DNA of 64,000 bases, from contig NW_024704743.1 in NCBI RefSeq assembly GCF_018977255.1, positions 57,786,001 to 57,850,000 of the forward strand, written 5' to 3'. Under the pieces are notes generated by a model. The model ran no database searches. It was given only the letters and a program-made list of their open reading frames with translations, and had not been told where the DNA came from. How positions within the stretch are numbered: position 1 is the first letter of the stretch; the number at the start of each line of letters is the position of its first letter. The stretch comes from Callorhinchus milii (lineage: Eukaryota). The position numbers and the translations under genes are program-made. Positions 62,453 through 64,000 of the stretch are shown here, piece after piece.

Positions 62453-64000
62453 CAACAACAACAACACAATTACATTTATGGAGCACCTTTCACGTCGGGA
62501 GGACATCCCAAAGCGCTGAACAGTCAGGTGTCGGGGCCCGAGCATGGAGGAGGGGTGGTGTAGGGGTGAGGGAAGGCAGAGAGTTGGGAGGGAGACCAAA
62601 GGCATGGTCAAAGAGAAGGGTCTTGAGACCGGCCTTGAAGGAGGCAAGGGAGGAAGCGAGGCGAAGGGACCATGGGATAGAATTCCAGAGCGTGGGGGCA
62701 TGGAGGCTGAAAGCTCGGCCACCGATGGTAGGGCGGGTCAGGCGGGAGACATGGAGCAGGCCGTTTGGTAGGGAGTCAGCAGGTCAGAGAGGTAGGAGTG
62801 GGCAAGGCCATGGAAGGCCTTGACGGTGAGGATGAGGATCTTGAACTCGATCCTCTGAGGGATGAGGAGCCAGGGGAATCAGGCGAGGGTGGGAGTGATA
62901 GGGTCACAGAGCCTGGTGCGTGAGAGTACACCAGCTGCAGAGTTTTGGATGATCTGCAGCTTGTGAAGGGAAGAGTTGGGAAGGCCGATGAGGAGGGAGT
63001 TCCTGTAATTGAGCCTTGATGTGACGAATGTGTGGGTGAGGGTTTCGGCAGCCTGAGGGGTGAGGGAGTGGTGGAGTCTGGTGATGTTGCGGAGGTGGTG
63101 GTAGGCATTGCTGGTCATGACGTGGATGCGGGGTAGAAAGGACAGTTCAGGGTCAAACAAGACACCCAGGTTCCTGACTGGCTTAGTGAGGTTGAGTGTG
63201 CAGCCGTGGAGGCTGATGCTGCCAACGCCTGAGGTGCGGAGGTGCTGCGAGCCAATCAGGAGGGCCTTGGTCTTGCTTACGTTGAGCTGGAGAAGGTTGG
63301 CCCTCATCCAGGACTTGATGTCGGACAAGCAGTCGGTCAGGATCCCAGTAGTCCTGGAGTTGAGGGTGGAGGCAGAAAGATAGAGTTGGGTGTCATCCGC
63401 ATACATGTGGAAATTTACCCCATGTCTGTGGATGATGTCACCAAGGGGGAGCATGTAGAGGGTGAAGAGGAGGGGACCGACGACAGAACCCTGAGGAACA
63501 CTGCACGAGATGGTGCGTGAGCTGGAGGAGAAGCCGTTTGCCATGACGAGGTGGAGGCGATGTGAAAGATAGGACCTGCCCTTCTTTGACCGTGCCTTCA
63601 GCTCCCCTCTCGACTCTCTACCCCCACCTCGCTCCCTCCCTTCCCTCCCCTCACCCTGACCATTTCCCCCCTGCTCAGGTCCTGACCCAACTGTACAGCA
63701 CCTTGGGACGTCCTCCCAATGTGAAAGGCGCTCAATAAATGGAATCTTGTTGTTGTTGTTGTTGAACCAGTCAAGGACAGAACCATGAAGGTTGAGGTGG
63801 GAGGAGCGGCGGTGGAGGAGGATTGAGTGGTCCACGGTGTCAAAGGCGGCGGAGAGGTCGAGGAGAACAAGGAGACAGAGGGAGCCCTGGTCACACATGG
63901 TCAGGATATCATTTGTGACATTGACCAGAGCAGTTTACGTGCTGTGGGCAGTACGGAAACCCGATTGGAGGGGTTCATGGAGGGAGTGAGAGGAGAGGAA
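62453..64000 (-). mobile_element. L2 LINE, RT domain plus 3' end, runs off the window edge
   Basis: LVLLDLSAAFDTVDH, VPQGSVVGPLLFTLYM, HMYADDTQLYLS, (TTG)n tail at ~62453. Confidence 0.95.
63578..63763 (+). mobile_element. 186-bp 3' end of a young L2 inserted antisense into the host L2 RT
   Basis: Near-identical to the reverse complement of 44147-44415 but with one G-rich unit. Splits host codons DWF|RSYL. Confidence 0.93.

Noticed and set aside
62879..63898. 339-aa RT ORF as an active or novel reverse-transcriptase system (retron/DGR-like)
   Set aside because: Motifs are standard L2 ORF2. The odd low-complexity segment is a nested L2 tail, and the C-terminus is frameshifted or deleted.

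Overview
AT-rich, repeat-dense vertebrate genomic DNA. The L2, CR1, tRNA-SINE, DeuSINE and Penelope repertoire suggests a cartilaginous fish, probably a chimaera or elephant shark; this is an inference. The only host protein-coding sequence I can support is the last two coding exons of THSD7A on the + strand: 2400-2487 (transmembrane helix) and 5390-5474 (cytoplasmic tail ending LAYDGDADM*), followed by a long AU-rich 3' UTR. The remaining ~55 kb looks intergenic. It holds L2 and CR1 LINE fragments, two SINE families that share an L2-type 3' tail, a Penelope-like relic with a decayed hammerhead ribozyme core, at least two repeat families I cannot name, several inverted-repeat or hairpin structures, and a few candidate conserved regulatory blocks. 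Almost all ORF-track entries are repeat-derived or spurious. I found no convincing new protein-coding or prokaryote-type system. The most interesting signals are structural: a Penelope-derived fold-back interrupted at equivalent sites in both arms, a modular SINE, an in-frame nested L2-in-L2 insertion, an 84-bp direct repeat, long hairpins, and a diverged copy of a UTR segment in the last THSD7A intron. Repeat boundaries are approximate because they were read by eye.
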